A DNA stretch of 64,000 nucleotides from Mobula hypostoma (GCF_963921235.1 NC_086101.1:5396001-5460000), one strand, 5' to 3'. Shown: positions 49,945 to 62,827, counted from the stretch's first letter. Made by a program: numbers and translations. The notes: a model not told the origin generated them from the letters alone.

Positions 49945-52900
49945 GACCAGGAGCAGAGTAAGGCCATTTGGCCCATCGAGTCTGCTCTGCCATTCCATCA
50001 TGGCTGATCCATTCTCCTCTCAGCCCCAATCTCCTGCCTTCCACGCCTCCCAGCCCAAAACTCTTCATGCCCTGACTTATCAAGAATCTATCAACCTCTG
50101 CCTTAAACATACAAAAACACTTCACCTCCACAGCTGCCTGTGGCAAAGAATTCCATAGATTCTACACTCTTTGCATAAAGAAATTTCACCTCATCTCCAT
50201 TCTAGAAGGACGCCCATCTATCTTGAGACACTCCATCATAGGAAACATTCTGTTCATCAAGGCCTTTCGCCATCGGATAGGTTTCAATTAGGTCAGTACT
50301 CATTTCTCTGAATTCTAGTGAATACAGGCCCAGAGCCATCAAATGCTCTTAATATGACAAGCCACCTTGTCCTGGAATCATTGAGTGAATCTCCTTTGAA
50401 CCCTCCCCAGTTTCAGCACATCCCTTCTAAAATAAGAGGCTCTAAACCCCAAGTGTGGCCTCACCAGTGCTTTATTAAATCTCAAAATTACATCCACTTG
50501 AAATGAATGCTTACATTGCATTTGTCTTCCTCACCACTAATTCAATCTGCAAATTAACCTTTAGGGAATCCTGCACAAGGACTCCCAAGTCCCTTTGCGC
50601 CTTAGATTTTCATATTTTCTCTCCATTTAGAATATAGTAAACCCTTTCATTTCTTCTACCAAAGTGCATGACCATACACTTCCCAACACTGTATTCCATC
50701 TGCCACCTCAATGCCCATTTTCCTAATGTCTAAATCCTTCTGTAGCCTCAAAACTACCTGCTGCTCCACCTATCTTCGTATCATCTGCAAACTTTGTAAC
50801 AAAGCCATCAATTCTATCATCCAAATCATTGACGTATAATGTAAAAAGGATCAGACCCAACACAGACCCCTGTAGGACACCACTAGTCACAAGCAGCCAG
50901 CCAGAAAAGGCTCCCTTTATTCCCACTCTTTGCCTACTGCCAGTCAGTCACTGCTTTGTCTCTGCTAGGATCTTTCCTGTAATACCGTGGGCTGGTAGCT
51001 TGTTAAGTAGCCTCATGTGTGGCACCTTGTCAAAGGCCTTCTGAAAATCCAAGTACACAACATTAACCATTTCTCCATTGTCTATCCTGCCCGTTACTTC
51101 TTCAAATAATTCCAACAAATTTGTCAGGCAAGATTTTCCTTTGAGGAAGCCATGCCTCTTTTATTATGTACCTCCAAGTACCCCGAAATGACATCCTTAA
51201 CAATCAACCCCAAAGTATTCACAACCACTGAGGTCAGACTAACTGGCCTATTTTTTTTCCCCTTCTTCTGCTTCTCTCTCTTCATGAGGAGAGGAGTGAC
51301 ATTTGCAATTTTCTATTCTTCCGGAACTATTCCAGAATCTAGTGATTCTTGAAAGATCATTACTAATGCCTCCACAATCCCTTCAGCTACCTCTTTCAGA
51401 ACTTTGGGTTGTACACCATCTGGTCAAGCTGACTTATCTGCCTTCAGATCTTTCAGTTTCCCAAGAACCTTCTCTCTAGTTATGGTAACATCACACACTT
51501 CATGACCCCTGACACCTGAAACTTCCACCATACTGCTGGTGTCTTCCACATTGAAGACTGATGCAAAATACTTATTCAGTTCATCCCCCATTTCATTGAC
51601 TCCCCATTACTACCCCTTTAGCATTGTTTTCCAGTGCTCTGATATCCACTCTTGCCTCTCCTTTACACTTTATGTATCTGAAGAAACTTTGGTATCCTCT
51701 TTAATATTATTAGCTAGCTTACTTTCGTATTCCATCTTTACCTTCTTAATGACTTTTCAGTTGCCTTCTTTTCGTATTTAAAAGCTTCCCAATCCTGCAA
51801 CTTCCTGCTAATTTTTGCTCTATTATATATTCTCTCTCTGCTTTATATGTTGCCTTTCACTTCCTTTGTTAGCCACTACCATTGTGTCATCTTGCCTTTA
51901 GAATACTTCTTCCTCTTTGGGATGTATATATCTTTCCGAATTGCTTTCAGAAATTCCTGCCGTTGCTGCTCTGCCGTCTTCCTTGCCGGTGTTCTTTTCC
52001 AATCAATTTTAGCCAACTCCTCTCTCATGCCTCTGTAATTTCCTTTACTCCACGGTAATACTGATATATCTTATTCTAGCTTCTCCTTTTCAAATTTCAG
52101 GATGCATTCGATCATATTTATGACAGGTACAGTCAGGTGACAATAAATTTGAACTTCAAAGGTTACAGGTAGCTGACAGAAGAATGGCGTTGAGAGGGAT
52201 AATAAATCAGCCATGACAGAGTGGCAGAGCAATCTTGATGGGCCAAATGGTCTTATTCTGGTCCTATGTCTTAAGCTCTAACTTTGCCTATGGCCTATGC
52301 CTGAAAGTTAACAAGTTAAGAGATATTTTGATATTTTAAGAGGGGTGGACGGGTAGGTAGTGCTGAGGAAACAGGTAGGCTGCAGAAGGACTGAGACAGA
52401 TTAAGAGAATGGACAAGGAAGAAACAAATGAAATACAATGTTGGAAAATGCATGGTCGTGCACTTTGGTAGCAGAAATAAATGTGCAGACTATTTTCTAA
52501 ATGGGGAGAAATCGGAGATGCAAAGGGACTTGGGAGTCCTTGTGCAGAACACAGTTTAACTTGCAGGTTAAGTCGGTGGTGAGGAAGGCAAATGCAATGT
52601 TAGCATTCATTTAAAGAGATCTGGAATATAAGAGCAGGGATGTGATGCTGACGCTTTATAAGGTACTGGTGAGGCCTCACCTTGAGTATTGTGAACAGTT
52701 TTTGGCTCCTCATCTATGAAAAGATGTGCTGGCATTGGAGAGGGTTCAGAGGAGGTTCACAAGGATGATTCTGGGAATGAAAGGGTTAACACACGAGGAA
52801 CATTTGATAGCTCTGGGTCTGTACTCATGATGAGGGGGCATCTCACTGAAACCTTTCCAATGTTGAAAGGCCTAGACAGAGTAGATGTGGAAAGGATGTT

Positions 52901-54560
52901 TCCCATGGTGGGGGAGTCTAGGACAAGAGGGCACAGCCCCAGGATACAGGGGTGTCCATTTAAAACAGAGATGCAGGGAAATTCCCTCAGCCAGAAGGTG
53001 GTGAATTTGTGGAGTTTGTTACCACCTGCAGCTGCGGATGCCAGGTCGTTGGGTGTATTTAAGGCAGAGATTGATAGGTTCTTGATTGAACATGGGATCA
53101 AAGGCTATGGGGAGAAGGCAGGGGAGTGGGGTTGAGGAGGGGAAGAAAGGATCAGCAATGATTGAGTGGCGGAGCAGACTTGATGGGCCAAATGGACTAA
53201 TTCTGCTCCTATGGCTTATGATCTTATATTGAAATCCTCCGTGAAGATTGTAACATTGCCCTATAGGCAAGCATTTTTAATCTCCTGTTGTAATTTGTAG
53301 ACCACATCCTTACGACTGTTTAGAGGTCTGTATATAACTCCCATCAGGGTCTTTTTACCCTTGCAGTTCCTTTGCTCTATGCACAACAATTCAACACCTT
53401 CTGCCCTATGTCACCTCCTTTTAATGATTTGACTTTATTTTTTACCAACAGAGCAATGGCTTCCTGCCTCTCCTTTCGATACACTGTATATCCTTGGACT
53501 TTGAGCTCCCAGCTATGATCTTCTTTCAGCCATGAATCAGTGATGCCTACAACATCATACCTGCCAGTTTGTAACTGTGCTACGAGTTCATCGACCTTAT
53601 TCCATATACTGCACATATTCAAATAAAACACGTTCAGTCCTGTATTCCCCTTTTCTGATTTTGTCTGCCTTTTACATTGCAACTCATGCTGTTGACTGCA
53701 ATTTTGCCCCATCATCTGCCTCTCCTCACTACACATTGCCTCGGCTTGTAAACCCACTACCTCATCTTTTGCGCTATCACTCGAGTTCCCAATTTATACC
53801 CACCCGAACAACTCTAGGACAGCGGACCCTCTCGGGTTCAGGTGTAATCCGTTCCTTTTGTATTCGTCATACCTTCCCCAGAAGAGATCCCAATGATCCA
53901 TAAATCTGGACACCAGCCCCCTGCGCCAGTTCCTCAGCTACGCATTCACCTGCCAAATCATCTTATTCTTACCATCACTGGCATGTGGCACAGGCAGCAA
54001 TCTAGAGATTACTAGCTCCCTAGAAACTCTCTTCAAGACCTCCTCACCTTGTCTACCTGCGTCTTTTGTGCCAATACGTACCAAGACTTTTGGCTGCCCA
54101 CCTTTGCTATGGACATGATCCGAGACATCCCTGATCTTGGCACCTGGTAGGCAACATACCATTCAGATGTCTCTATCGCACCCACAGAACCTTGTCTCTG
54201 TTCCTCTGACTAAGGAATCGCGTATCAACATTGCAGTCCTCTTCACCTCTCTGCTCCTCTGAGCCACAGCACCAGACTCTATGCCAGAGACCTGGTCACT
54301 GTGGCTCCCCCGGTAGATCACCCCCCTCAATATTATTTAAAGTTAAATACTTATTATTGAGGGGAATGGCCACAGCTGTGCATTCCCCTTTCTTCTCCTG
54401 ATAGTCACCCAGTTACCTGTCTCCCTGTAGCTCCTGTCTATCACCTCCTCATTCTCCCAGTGTGAGTCGAAGGTCATCAACCTGCAGTTCCAGTTCCTTA
54501 ATACGTTTTCTCAAGAGCTGCAGCGTGGTGCACCTGGTCTCCCAGACTTCCCAGATCTCT
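49945..54560 (-). mobile_element. Long degenerate CR1 (ORF1 esterase, EN, RT, 3' end) with a nested plus-strand CR1 at 52350-53225
   Basis: VCCLPGAKIRDV; YLNMCSIWNKVDEL; VTSGVLQGSVLG..FADDTKIGG. Confidence 0.85.
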
Positions 54561-54679
54561 CACACAGTACAAAACCTGGAGCCATTCTCACTCATCTATA
54601 CACTAATTGATGAGGAATGAGGGGGAAAGAGAGAGACAGAGAGAGAGAGAGACAGAGAGAGAGACAGAGACAGACAGAC

Positions 54680-55210
54680 TTTATTGTCGCCAAACAGTTG
54701 ATACTAGAGCATACAATCATCACAACGATATTTGATTCTGCGCTTTGTGCTCCATGGAGTACAAATCAATAATATTAAAAATTTAAATTATAAATCATAA
54801 ATAGAAAATAGAAAAGGGAAAGTAAGGTAGTGCAAAAAAACCGAGAGGCAGGTCCGGATATTTGGAGGGTACGGCCCAGATCCGGGTCAGGATCCGTTCA
54901 GCAGTCTTATCACAGTTGGAAAGAAGCTGTTCCCAAATCTGGCCGTATGAGTCTTCAAGCTTCTGAACCTTCTCCTGGAGGGAAGAGGGATGAAAAGTGT
55001 GTTGCCTGGGTGGGCCATGTCCTTGATTATCCTGGCAGCACAACTCTGACAGCGTGTGGTGTAAAGTGAGTCCAAGGACGGAAGATTGGTTTGTGTGATG
55101 TGCTGCGCCGTGTTCACAATCTTCTGCAGCTTCTTCCGGTCTTGGACAGGACAACTTCCATACCAGGTTGTGATGCAGCCTAGAAGAATGCTTTCTATCG
55201 TGCATCTATA
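54680..55210 (-). mobile_element. Rex1/Babar-like LINE 3' fragment
   Basis: ARIIKDMAHPGNTLFIPLPSRRRFRSLKTHTARFGNSFFPTVIRLLN; (ct)/(gtct) tail at 54630-54680. Confidence 0.8.
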
Positions 55211-55799
55211 AAAATGAGCGACAGTCTACATCTTACAAGACAGTCTACTTCACCCAAGCCTGATGAGCCAAAGCCACTCTAAAGACTGGCACATTCAAAA
55301 GATTGGCCTCTTTCCTTGCACTTGAATTATTCTTATTGGCCCTTTCCGATGAATCCCTCTCGCTGACTGGCTGCTCAATTCGGAAAAACTGCTGCAAAAC
55401 TGCCTTCGAAATCTCGACCGCCACTCTGATTAAAAAGCAACTGTTTTCACACACCCCTGGTGTGGATTGTCCAACTCAGAGAAAACTGGCTTGAAGCTCT
55501 GCTTTTTAAACCTTGAACATGGATCTGGCTAAAAAGTAGCTCTTTTTACACAATGCTGCCTTCTGCAGCCCAGTTGTTGATTGTCCAAAGCCAACACATT
55601 GTCTGAGTTGTTAGTCCACAGGAAGTAAACGACTGAAGACTGCTTCAGGACATTAAAAATGAGTGAGTTAGACCAGGTGTACATTACAAAAACGGCACCT
55701 AATTGGTGACGATTCTTTACACTAATTCACAAATTCTCCAATGCAGGAATAGTCTGAGGCCAGCCGCAAGTCTACAGGTGAGTCCTTGAATGGACAATT

Positions 55800-55988
55800 A
55801 GAGATAGAGAGAGATAGAGAGATAGAGAGATAGAGAGAGTTAGAGAGAGATAGATAGAGGAAAGAAAGAAAGAAAGAGAGAAAGAAAGAGAAAGAAAGGA
55901 AGGAAGGAAGGAAGGAAGGAAGGAAGGAAGGAAGGAAGGAAGGAAGGAAGGAAGGAAGGAAGGAAGGAAGGAAGGAAGGAAGGAAGAA
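55800..55988. repeat. Compound purine microsatellite (GATA/GA, GAAA, GGAA)n
   Basis: Directly visible; ends about 55 bp from the T2 donor. Confidence 0.95.
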
Positions 55989-56042
55989 GTCATATTCACA
56001 TTGAGAGCACTGGACATTGAGGATTGGACCGCTCCACAGTAC

Positions 56043-56333
56043 CTGCAGTGGTGACCTGGGTGCTGAGCGGCTGGGTCTGCAAACTCCCCGAGATCCCGTA
56101 GAGATGGATGGTGTATCTGGTGGAGGGACGGAGACCACCAATGAGGTACACTCGCTTCCCGCCAGCCACCGTGATGTTCCGGGTCTCCTGCGACCCCTGA
56201 ACCCTGTACTGGATGAGGAAGGAGTCAAAGGTCCTGTCTGTGGTCCAGGAGATGCGGACAGAGTTCGATGTGACGGTCGGGGTTGACAGGGTGCCCAGTC
56301 TCACCAGCGATGGGGCATCTTTGTCCTCACGAG
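56043..56333 (-). CDS. Tenascin-like FN3 exon T2 (291 bp, class A)
   Basis: Acceptor ctctccatttcag|, donor G|gtactg; AREDKDAPSLVRLGTLSTPTVTSNSVRISW...QVTTA. Confidence 0.9.
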
Positions 56334-56759
56334 CTGAAATGGAGAGGTTGAGGTGTGAGGACTCCTACACAATGCCTCAAATATGTCCTCATTAACACCT
56401 GATACAAGTTCAACATAATATCCAACTCCTGGACTCAGTACTCCGAATATGAAGGCCAATGTGCCAAAAGTTCTCTTAATTGTTCTATCATTGGCAGGTT
56501 GTCTCTCAGCTGCCTGAGGCCCGTGTTCTCTGCCCTTAAGACAGTCCTCTGAGTTTCTCGGCTTGACTAAGCCCATGGTTGTCTGACCACAGACCATAAC
56601 ATTATGTCTAATTGATTCTAGCATATCACATTCTTGGCTGTTTAGACACATGACCCATACCACCAATTCAGGAACAGTTATTACCCCTCAACCAGTTTTC
56701 AGTGGGTGTCTTTGATTGGACAGTGGCACAGACACAGTAGAAGCATTCCTGTAGAAGCC

Positions 56760-57612
56760 TGGAACGGAGCTTGAGAATCCCAATCTCCGTAAAAGACAGG
56801 TACCGTCTAGCGGAGCAGTCGTCATCTGAGTGGTCTGAGTCCGAGTGGTAAGGCTTTGGCTCAATAGGCTTTGGTGAGAACAGGCAGAGACAAGTAAGTA
56901 GGTAGGTTTATTTCTTATTTCTTTTTCTTATTTGACTCTTGACAGTAAAGGGGGTATTTCTACAGGGCCGGTGTTCTCTTCTGGGTGTCAGAAGTGGGAT
57001 TCCCAGGAGACTTGCAGTCTCCCCAACAGCCACATCTACACCAGGTGCCTCGAGCTGCAGCTCCTTAGAGACCGTGTGAGGGAACTGGAACTGCAGCTCG
57101 GTGACCTTCAGTTTTTTAGGGAAAGTGAAGCGGTGATAGACAGGAGCTACAGGGAAGTAGTCACCCGAAGGCTACAGGAGTCAGGTAAATGGGTGACTAT
57201 CAGGAGAGGGAAGAGAGAATATCATATAGTGGAGAGCACCCCTATGGCTGGCCCCCTCAACAATAAGTTCTCCATTTTGAGTACTGCTGGGGGAGGGGAA
57301 CAACCTACCTGGGGAAAGCAACAGTGACCGTGCCTCTGGCACTGAATCTGGCCCTGTAGCTCAGAAGGGTAGGGAACTGAATGGGATGGCAGCAGTGATA
57401 GGGGACTTTATAGTCAGGGGGACAGACAGGCGATTCTGTGCACGCAGAAAAGAAACACGGATGGTAGTTTGCCTCCCAAGTGTTAGGGCCTGCGATGTTT
57501 CTGAACACGTCCACGACATCCTGAAAAGAGAGGGTGTAGCCAGAAGTTGTGGTACATATTAGCACCAATGACAGAGGTAGAAAAAGTGAGGAGATCCTGA
57601 AAAAAGAATACA
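56760..57612 (+). mobile_element. CR1 5' UTR and ORF1 fragment
   Basis: C..W...CLELQLLRDRVRELELQL zinc finger/coiled coil; esterase motif VVHISTND.GRK.EEILKKEY. Confidence 0.8.
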
Positions 57613-58180
57613 CGGCCCCGTCTCCCACACCCCTCCCTGCCCACGACCCCCTCTCCCACAACCCCTCCCTGTCCACGGCCCCATCTCCCACACCCCTCCG
57701 TGTCCACGACCCCCTCTCCCAAACCCCTCCCTGTTCACGGCCCCGTCTCCCACACCCCTCCCTGCCCACAACCCCCTCTCCCACAACCCCTCCCTGTCCA
57801 CAACCCCCTCTCCCACAACCCCTCCCTGTCCACGACCCCCTCTCCCACAACCCCTCCTTGTCCACGGCCCCATCTCCCACACCCCTCCGTGTCCACGACC
57901 CCCTCTCCCACAACCCCTCCCTGTCCACGACCCCCTCTCCCACAACCCCTCCCTGTCCACGGCCCCATCTCCCACACCCCTCCGTGTCCACGACCCCCTC
58001 TCCCACAACCCCTCCCTGTCCACGGCCCCCTCTCCCACACTTCTCCCTGTCCACAGCCCCTTCTCCTACACCCCTCACTGCCCACGACTCTGTCTCCCAC
58101 AGCCCTCCCTGCCCATGGCCCCGTCTCCCACACCCCTCCCTGTCCGCGGCCCCGTCTCCCACACCCCTCCTTGCCCCTGA
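57612..58180. repeat. C-rich minisatellite with 31-32 bp unit
   Basis: About 18 units alternating acccccctctcccacaacccctccctgtccacg-type and gccccatctcccacacccctccgtgtccacg-type variants. Confidence 0.95.
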
Positions 58181-58913
58181 CACAGCCACAGTCCTCTGTG
58201 TCCCTGTCTTCAGAGTATGGACAATAGTGAGGTAAGGAGGGGCCACTGCATGGGACTGGAAAAAGCTGCAGAACGTTGCAAACTCAGTCGTCTCCATCAC
58301 AGGAGCCTGAAGATACACACTCAACTGTCTCAGGAACAGCTTCTTCCCCTCTGCCATCAGATTTCTGAATGGACAATGAACCCATGAACACTCCCTCAGT
58401 ACTTTTCCCTCTCTTTTTGCACTACTTAATTAATTTTATATCTGCTTCTCATTGCAACTTATAAGTTTCATTACAATGTACTGCTGCCAACATGCCCTGG
58501 AGATATTAAACCTGATTCTGGTTCATGGATTCATTGTCCATTCATAAATCTGATGTGGGTGGGGAGGAAGCTGTTGAATGTGTGCCTTCAGGCTCCTGTA
58601 ACTCCTCCCTGATGGTAGAGATGAAAAGAGGGCCTGTCCTGGGTGGTGAGGCACTTGATGATGGATGCTGCCTTCTAAAGGCAACACCCTTCGAAGATGC
58701 TCTCGACGGTGCGGAGGGTTCTGCCTGACATCTACACCATGCAACATTCTGACCTGTCCCTCAGAACCACTCGGGGGAGCATTGAGTTAAAATCCCTTTC
58801 ACGTGGACACTTCTGATGGGTGCGATGAGGATACTGACTCTGGTTTTCATAGGCTTGATTGAATATTTCAATCAATTCCATCTCAAATTAATTTCCAAAA
58901 AACATGTACATAC

Positions 58914-59195
58914 CTGTGGTGGTGACCTGGGTGGTGAGGGGCTGGGTCTGCACAGACCCTGAGATCCCGTAGACATAGATGATGTATCGGGTAGAGGGAC
59001 GGAGATCCCTGACGAGGTACACTCGCTTTCCACCGGCCACCGTGATGTTCCGGGTCTCCTGCGACCCCTGGACCCTGTACTGGATGAGGAAGGTGTCAAA
59101 GGTCCTGTCTGTGGTCCAGGAGAGGCGGACAGAGTTCGACGTGACGGTCGGGGTTGACAGGCTGCCCAGTCTCAAGGTGCTTCTGTCTGTGGTAG
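58914..59195 (-). CDS. Tenascin-like FN3 exon T1 (282 bp, class A)
   Basis: Acceptor ttctaccctcaag|, donor G|gtatgt; ATTDRSTLRLGSLSTPTVTSNSVRLSWTTDRTFDTFLIQYRVQGSQETRNITV...QVTTT. Confidence 0.88.
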
Positions 59196-59808
59196 CTTGA
59201 GGGTAGAAACCAGAGTGATTGGTGGAGGAAAATTCAACTCAACATACACCAAGCCCTTGGGATGGAGAACCGAGCTCTTGCCTCACCTGGGCCTTGTAGA
59301 CATGTCTCGGACCACGCACAAGGACGGCAGACGCAGGGGCAGGAATCAGTCATACTATCCCTAAAGCCTCGTCTATCAGTTAATCAGGACGCTTGCTCTG
59401 ACCATAAGTAAACAGTGAAACTAGACCATTCAGCCCATCCAGTGTGATCCTCTATTCCATCGTGGCTGATTTATTTTCCCTCTCAACCAGTGTCCTGCCT
59501 TCTCCTCGTAACCTTTGGTGCCCTGACTAATCAAGAACCTATCATCTTCTGCGTTAAATAATCCCAATGACCAGGACTCTTCAGCTGTCTGTGACAATGA
59601 ATTCCACTGATTCACCATACCCTGCTAAAGAAATTCTTCATCTCTAATCTAAATGGATGTCCCTCTATTCTGAGGCTGTGCCCTCTGGTCCTCGACTCCC
59701 CCACTATTGAAAACATCTCTCCATGTCCGTTCTTTCTTGACCTTTCAATATTTGATGGGGTGGGGGGGAATCTCATACTCAATGAGATTCCAACACCCCC
59801 AACAGCGA

Positions 59809-60593
59809 TGTTACATATCCCGTGAGCAGGATATAATTATCTTGTGAGCTTGATGTAATTATCTTGTGAGCATTATGTCATTATCTTGTGATGGGCATGA
59901 TGTAATTGTCTCATGGTAGCGTGGTGATGGTATCTTCCAAACGGCCCGCCATTGTGACGCAGTTCTCATTTTTATTTTTGTGCAACGTTGTTGTTGCCGG
60001 TCAGATGTTTGGGGACATCACCGGTTTTGTTTGTTGCACGTTTATTTTTGCCTCACAGTCCAGTATCAGAGAGTGAGGACATTACCAGAGTTATCCGAGC
60101 AAAGGATTGGGTAAAGTTAGTGTCATTCAGCGTCTTGGGAACGATTGACCTTTTTGAATTCGTTAGGGAATTGTGGCTTGCACGTGTGAGTAAAACCCCT
60201 GCAAGGTCGGGAAGGTTTGTGCAGTGACCACCCTCCGGTCAAAAGGCCAGTTCCTGTATTCCTTTGTGATTCCTTCGGACAGGGCATCTCTCGGCTGTGA
60301 TCGGCAGATTCGTCATTACTTCGAAGGAATCGCTGTTTCGGGGAAGTCCCTCCTTAATGACTGCAAAAATTACATGGACTTTTGAATTTACCATTTTATT
60401 TCTGTGCTTGGATGAGGACTCGTTATTATAAGTTTGACTCTTTGTTCGATTTAGTCGCCTAACTGTTAACTTCCGGTTAAGTTAGTCATTTGTTTATTTT
60501 CATTTTTCAATGTTTTAAGCAGAGGTTAATAAATCTCGTGGTTTGTTTATAACCCTGTCTCAGTTTCATATCTGTTGCTGCTGGTTCATAACA
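59809..60593 (+). mobile_element. Solo LTR inserted in a CR1
   Basis: tgtta...taaca termini, 4-bp TSD gcga, aataaa at about 60528, short attatcttgtga repeats in U3. Confidence 0.8.
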
Positions 60594-61359
60594 GCGAGCA
60601 TAGGTCCATCCCGTTCCTCATACATTAACCCATTCATTCCCAACATCATTCTAAATGTCCTTTAGACCCTCTTCAAAGCCAGCACACACTTTCATTGATA
60701 TGGGGCTCAAATCTGCTCACAATACTCCAAGTGTGGTCTGACTAATGCCTTATGAAGTGTCAACACTATATCCTTGCTTTAATATTCTAGTCCTCTCGAA
60801 ATGAATGCTAACATTGCATTTACCTTATGCTCCACCAACTCAACCTTCAGTGAATCCTTCACCAGGACTCCCAAGTCCCTTTGCACCTCCTATTTTTGAA
60901 TTTTCTCCCCATTTATAAAAATAGTCCATGCCTTTATTCCTTCTGCCAAAGTGCATGATACTGCATTTCTCTACACTGTATTCCATCTGTCTCTGCTTTG
61001 CCTGTTCTCCCAATCTGTCCAAGTCCCAGATTGCTTTGCTCTATCACACTCGCCAGTGCTGGAGTGCTCACTGTGTGCATCGGGACAAGTGGGTGTTCAG
61101 CTCACAACCGGCCCAAAACTCAGTTTGTGTGGGCCCAAGAAAATAATGTGGGAAGGCACGTGATGACTCCAGCGACGTTATGCAGGGTACAGAAATCCCC
61201 ATTTAAACTGGGGAGGGAACCCGTCCAATAATGGTAGGCCTGGCCAATTGCGAAAGGGTGCTGACTTAGTACTGGCCGAGACACCAGCTGCCACACAAGG
61301 AAACATTTTCAGGCTCAGTCACAGTCCAAAACAAATACTGTCCCTGAAGGGATTGATTC

Positions 61360-62170
61360 AAGATGCAAGCTTGTTTAATGCCATCTCCAGAACGCAAGTG
61401 TAAAGGAGAACAAAATAATTGTTACTCCAGATCCAATGCAACACAAAAAAAACACAATAAGATAAAGAACACAATAAAAACCAATAAATATATATATATA
61501 TATAGATTGAGCGCTTGCCCATAAAGTGACACTAGATAGGAGCGTCTGTACAGAAGGTGACTCTGACAGGAAATGATAAAGCAGTGGTGGTTAGGGATGT
61601 GGAGGGGTGGGTTAGTGGGTGGAGGTGTTGATCAGCCTTACTGCTTGGGGAAGGTCACTGTTTTTGAGTCTGGTGGTCCTGGCATGAATGCTACGTAGCC
61701 TCCTCCCTGGTGGGAGTTGGACAAACAGTCCAAGAGCAGGGTGAGTGGGATCTTTCACGTTATAACTGGCTCTTTTCCAGCACCTTTCTCTGTATGTGCC
61801 CTTGATGGTGGGTGGGATGGTGCCAGTGATGCACTGGGCAGTTTTGACCACCCACTGTCTGCCACAGTTTAGTTTGTGGACCAGGCAGCAACTCAGCTTG
61901 TCAGGATGCTCTCTACTGCACGTCTGAAGAATGACGACACGCGTGGTCCAGCTCTCTTCAGCCTCTTCAAAAAGCAGAGGCGTTGATCGTTTTCCTGATT
62001 GTGTCGAGTACATTCTGGGACCATGAGAGGTTGTGCACTCCTGGGAGTTTGAAACTGGTCACAGTTTCCTCCGCTATGCCATCACTGTAGAGAGGGGTGT
62101 GAATGGTCCCAGTTCTCCCAAAGTGGATAACCATCTCCTTTGTCTTGTTGACATTGAGGGAGAAGTTACT
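61360..62170 (-). mobile_element. Rex1/Babar-like LINE 3' fragment
   Basis: KDPTHPALGLFVQLPPGRRLRSIHARTTRLKNS.LPQAVRLIN. Confidence 0.75.
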
Positions 62171-62204
62171 TGCCGCTATAAGGGGATCGCAGAGCTGCAG
62201 GCAG

Positions 62205-62827
62205 GGAAAAGGGGAGTTGTGTATAGGAGCAAAGAGGTCCTTCTGCAGTTGTACAGGGCCCTAGTGAGACCACACCTGGAGTATTGTGTGGAGTTTTGGT
62301 ATCCAAATTTGAGGAATGAAATTCTTGCTATTGAGGGAGTGCAGTGTAGGTTTACATGGTTAATTCCCGGGATGGTGGGACTGTCATATGTTGAAAGATT
62401 GGAGCGACTGGGCTTGTATACACTGGAATTTAGAAGGATGAGAGGGGATCTGATTGAAACATATGAGGTTATTAAGGGATTGGACATGCTAGAGACAGAA
62501 AACATGTTCCCGATGTTGGGGGAGTCCAGAACCAGAGGCCACACTTTAAGAATAAGGAGTAGGCCATTTAGAATGGAGTTGAGGAGAAACCTTTTCACAC
62601 AGAGCGTTGTGGTTCTGTGGAATGCTCTGCCTCAGAAAGCAGAGGAGGCCAATTCTCTGGATGCTTTCTAGAAAGAGTTAGATAGAGCTCTTAATGATAG
62701 TGGAGTCAAGGGATATGGGAAGAAGGCAGGAAAAAGGGTACTGATTGTGGATGATCAGCCATGATCACAGTGAATGACAGTGCTGGCTTGAAGGGCCGAA
62801 TGGCCTACTCCTGCACCTATTGTCTAT
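62205..62827 (+). mobile_element. CR1 3' fragment, relatively intact
   Basis: LYRALVRPHLEYCVEFW...LEFRRMRGDLIETY; 3' end gggccgaatggcctactcctgcacctattgtcta. Confidence 0.9.

Larger units (their letters stand above)
393..59195 (-). other. Partial tenascin-family gene (tenascin-X-like): array of 18 FN3 exons; gene extends beyond both window ends
   Basis: Repeated FN3 modules (LG.L....T..S..LSW....FDSF.IQY...RN.TV.G..R...I.GL.P.T.Y...LYG.....T.P....TT) with short charged or Pro-rich linkers, one per phase 1-1 exon. This architecture is typical of tenascin-X and of the variable region of tenascin-C. The paralog cannot be assigned without the terminal exons. Confidence 0.8.

Noticed and set aside
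57305..58357. 350-aa Gly-rich ORF and overlapping Pro-rich ORFs
   Set aside because: Translations of the stop-free minisatellite and adjacent LINE fragments.
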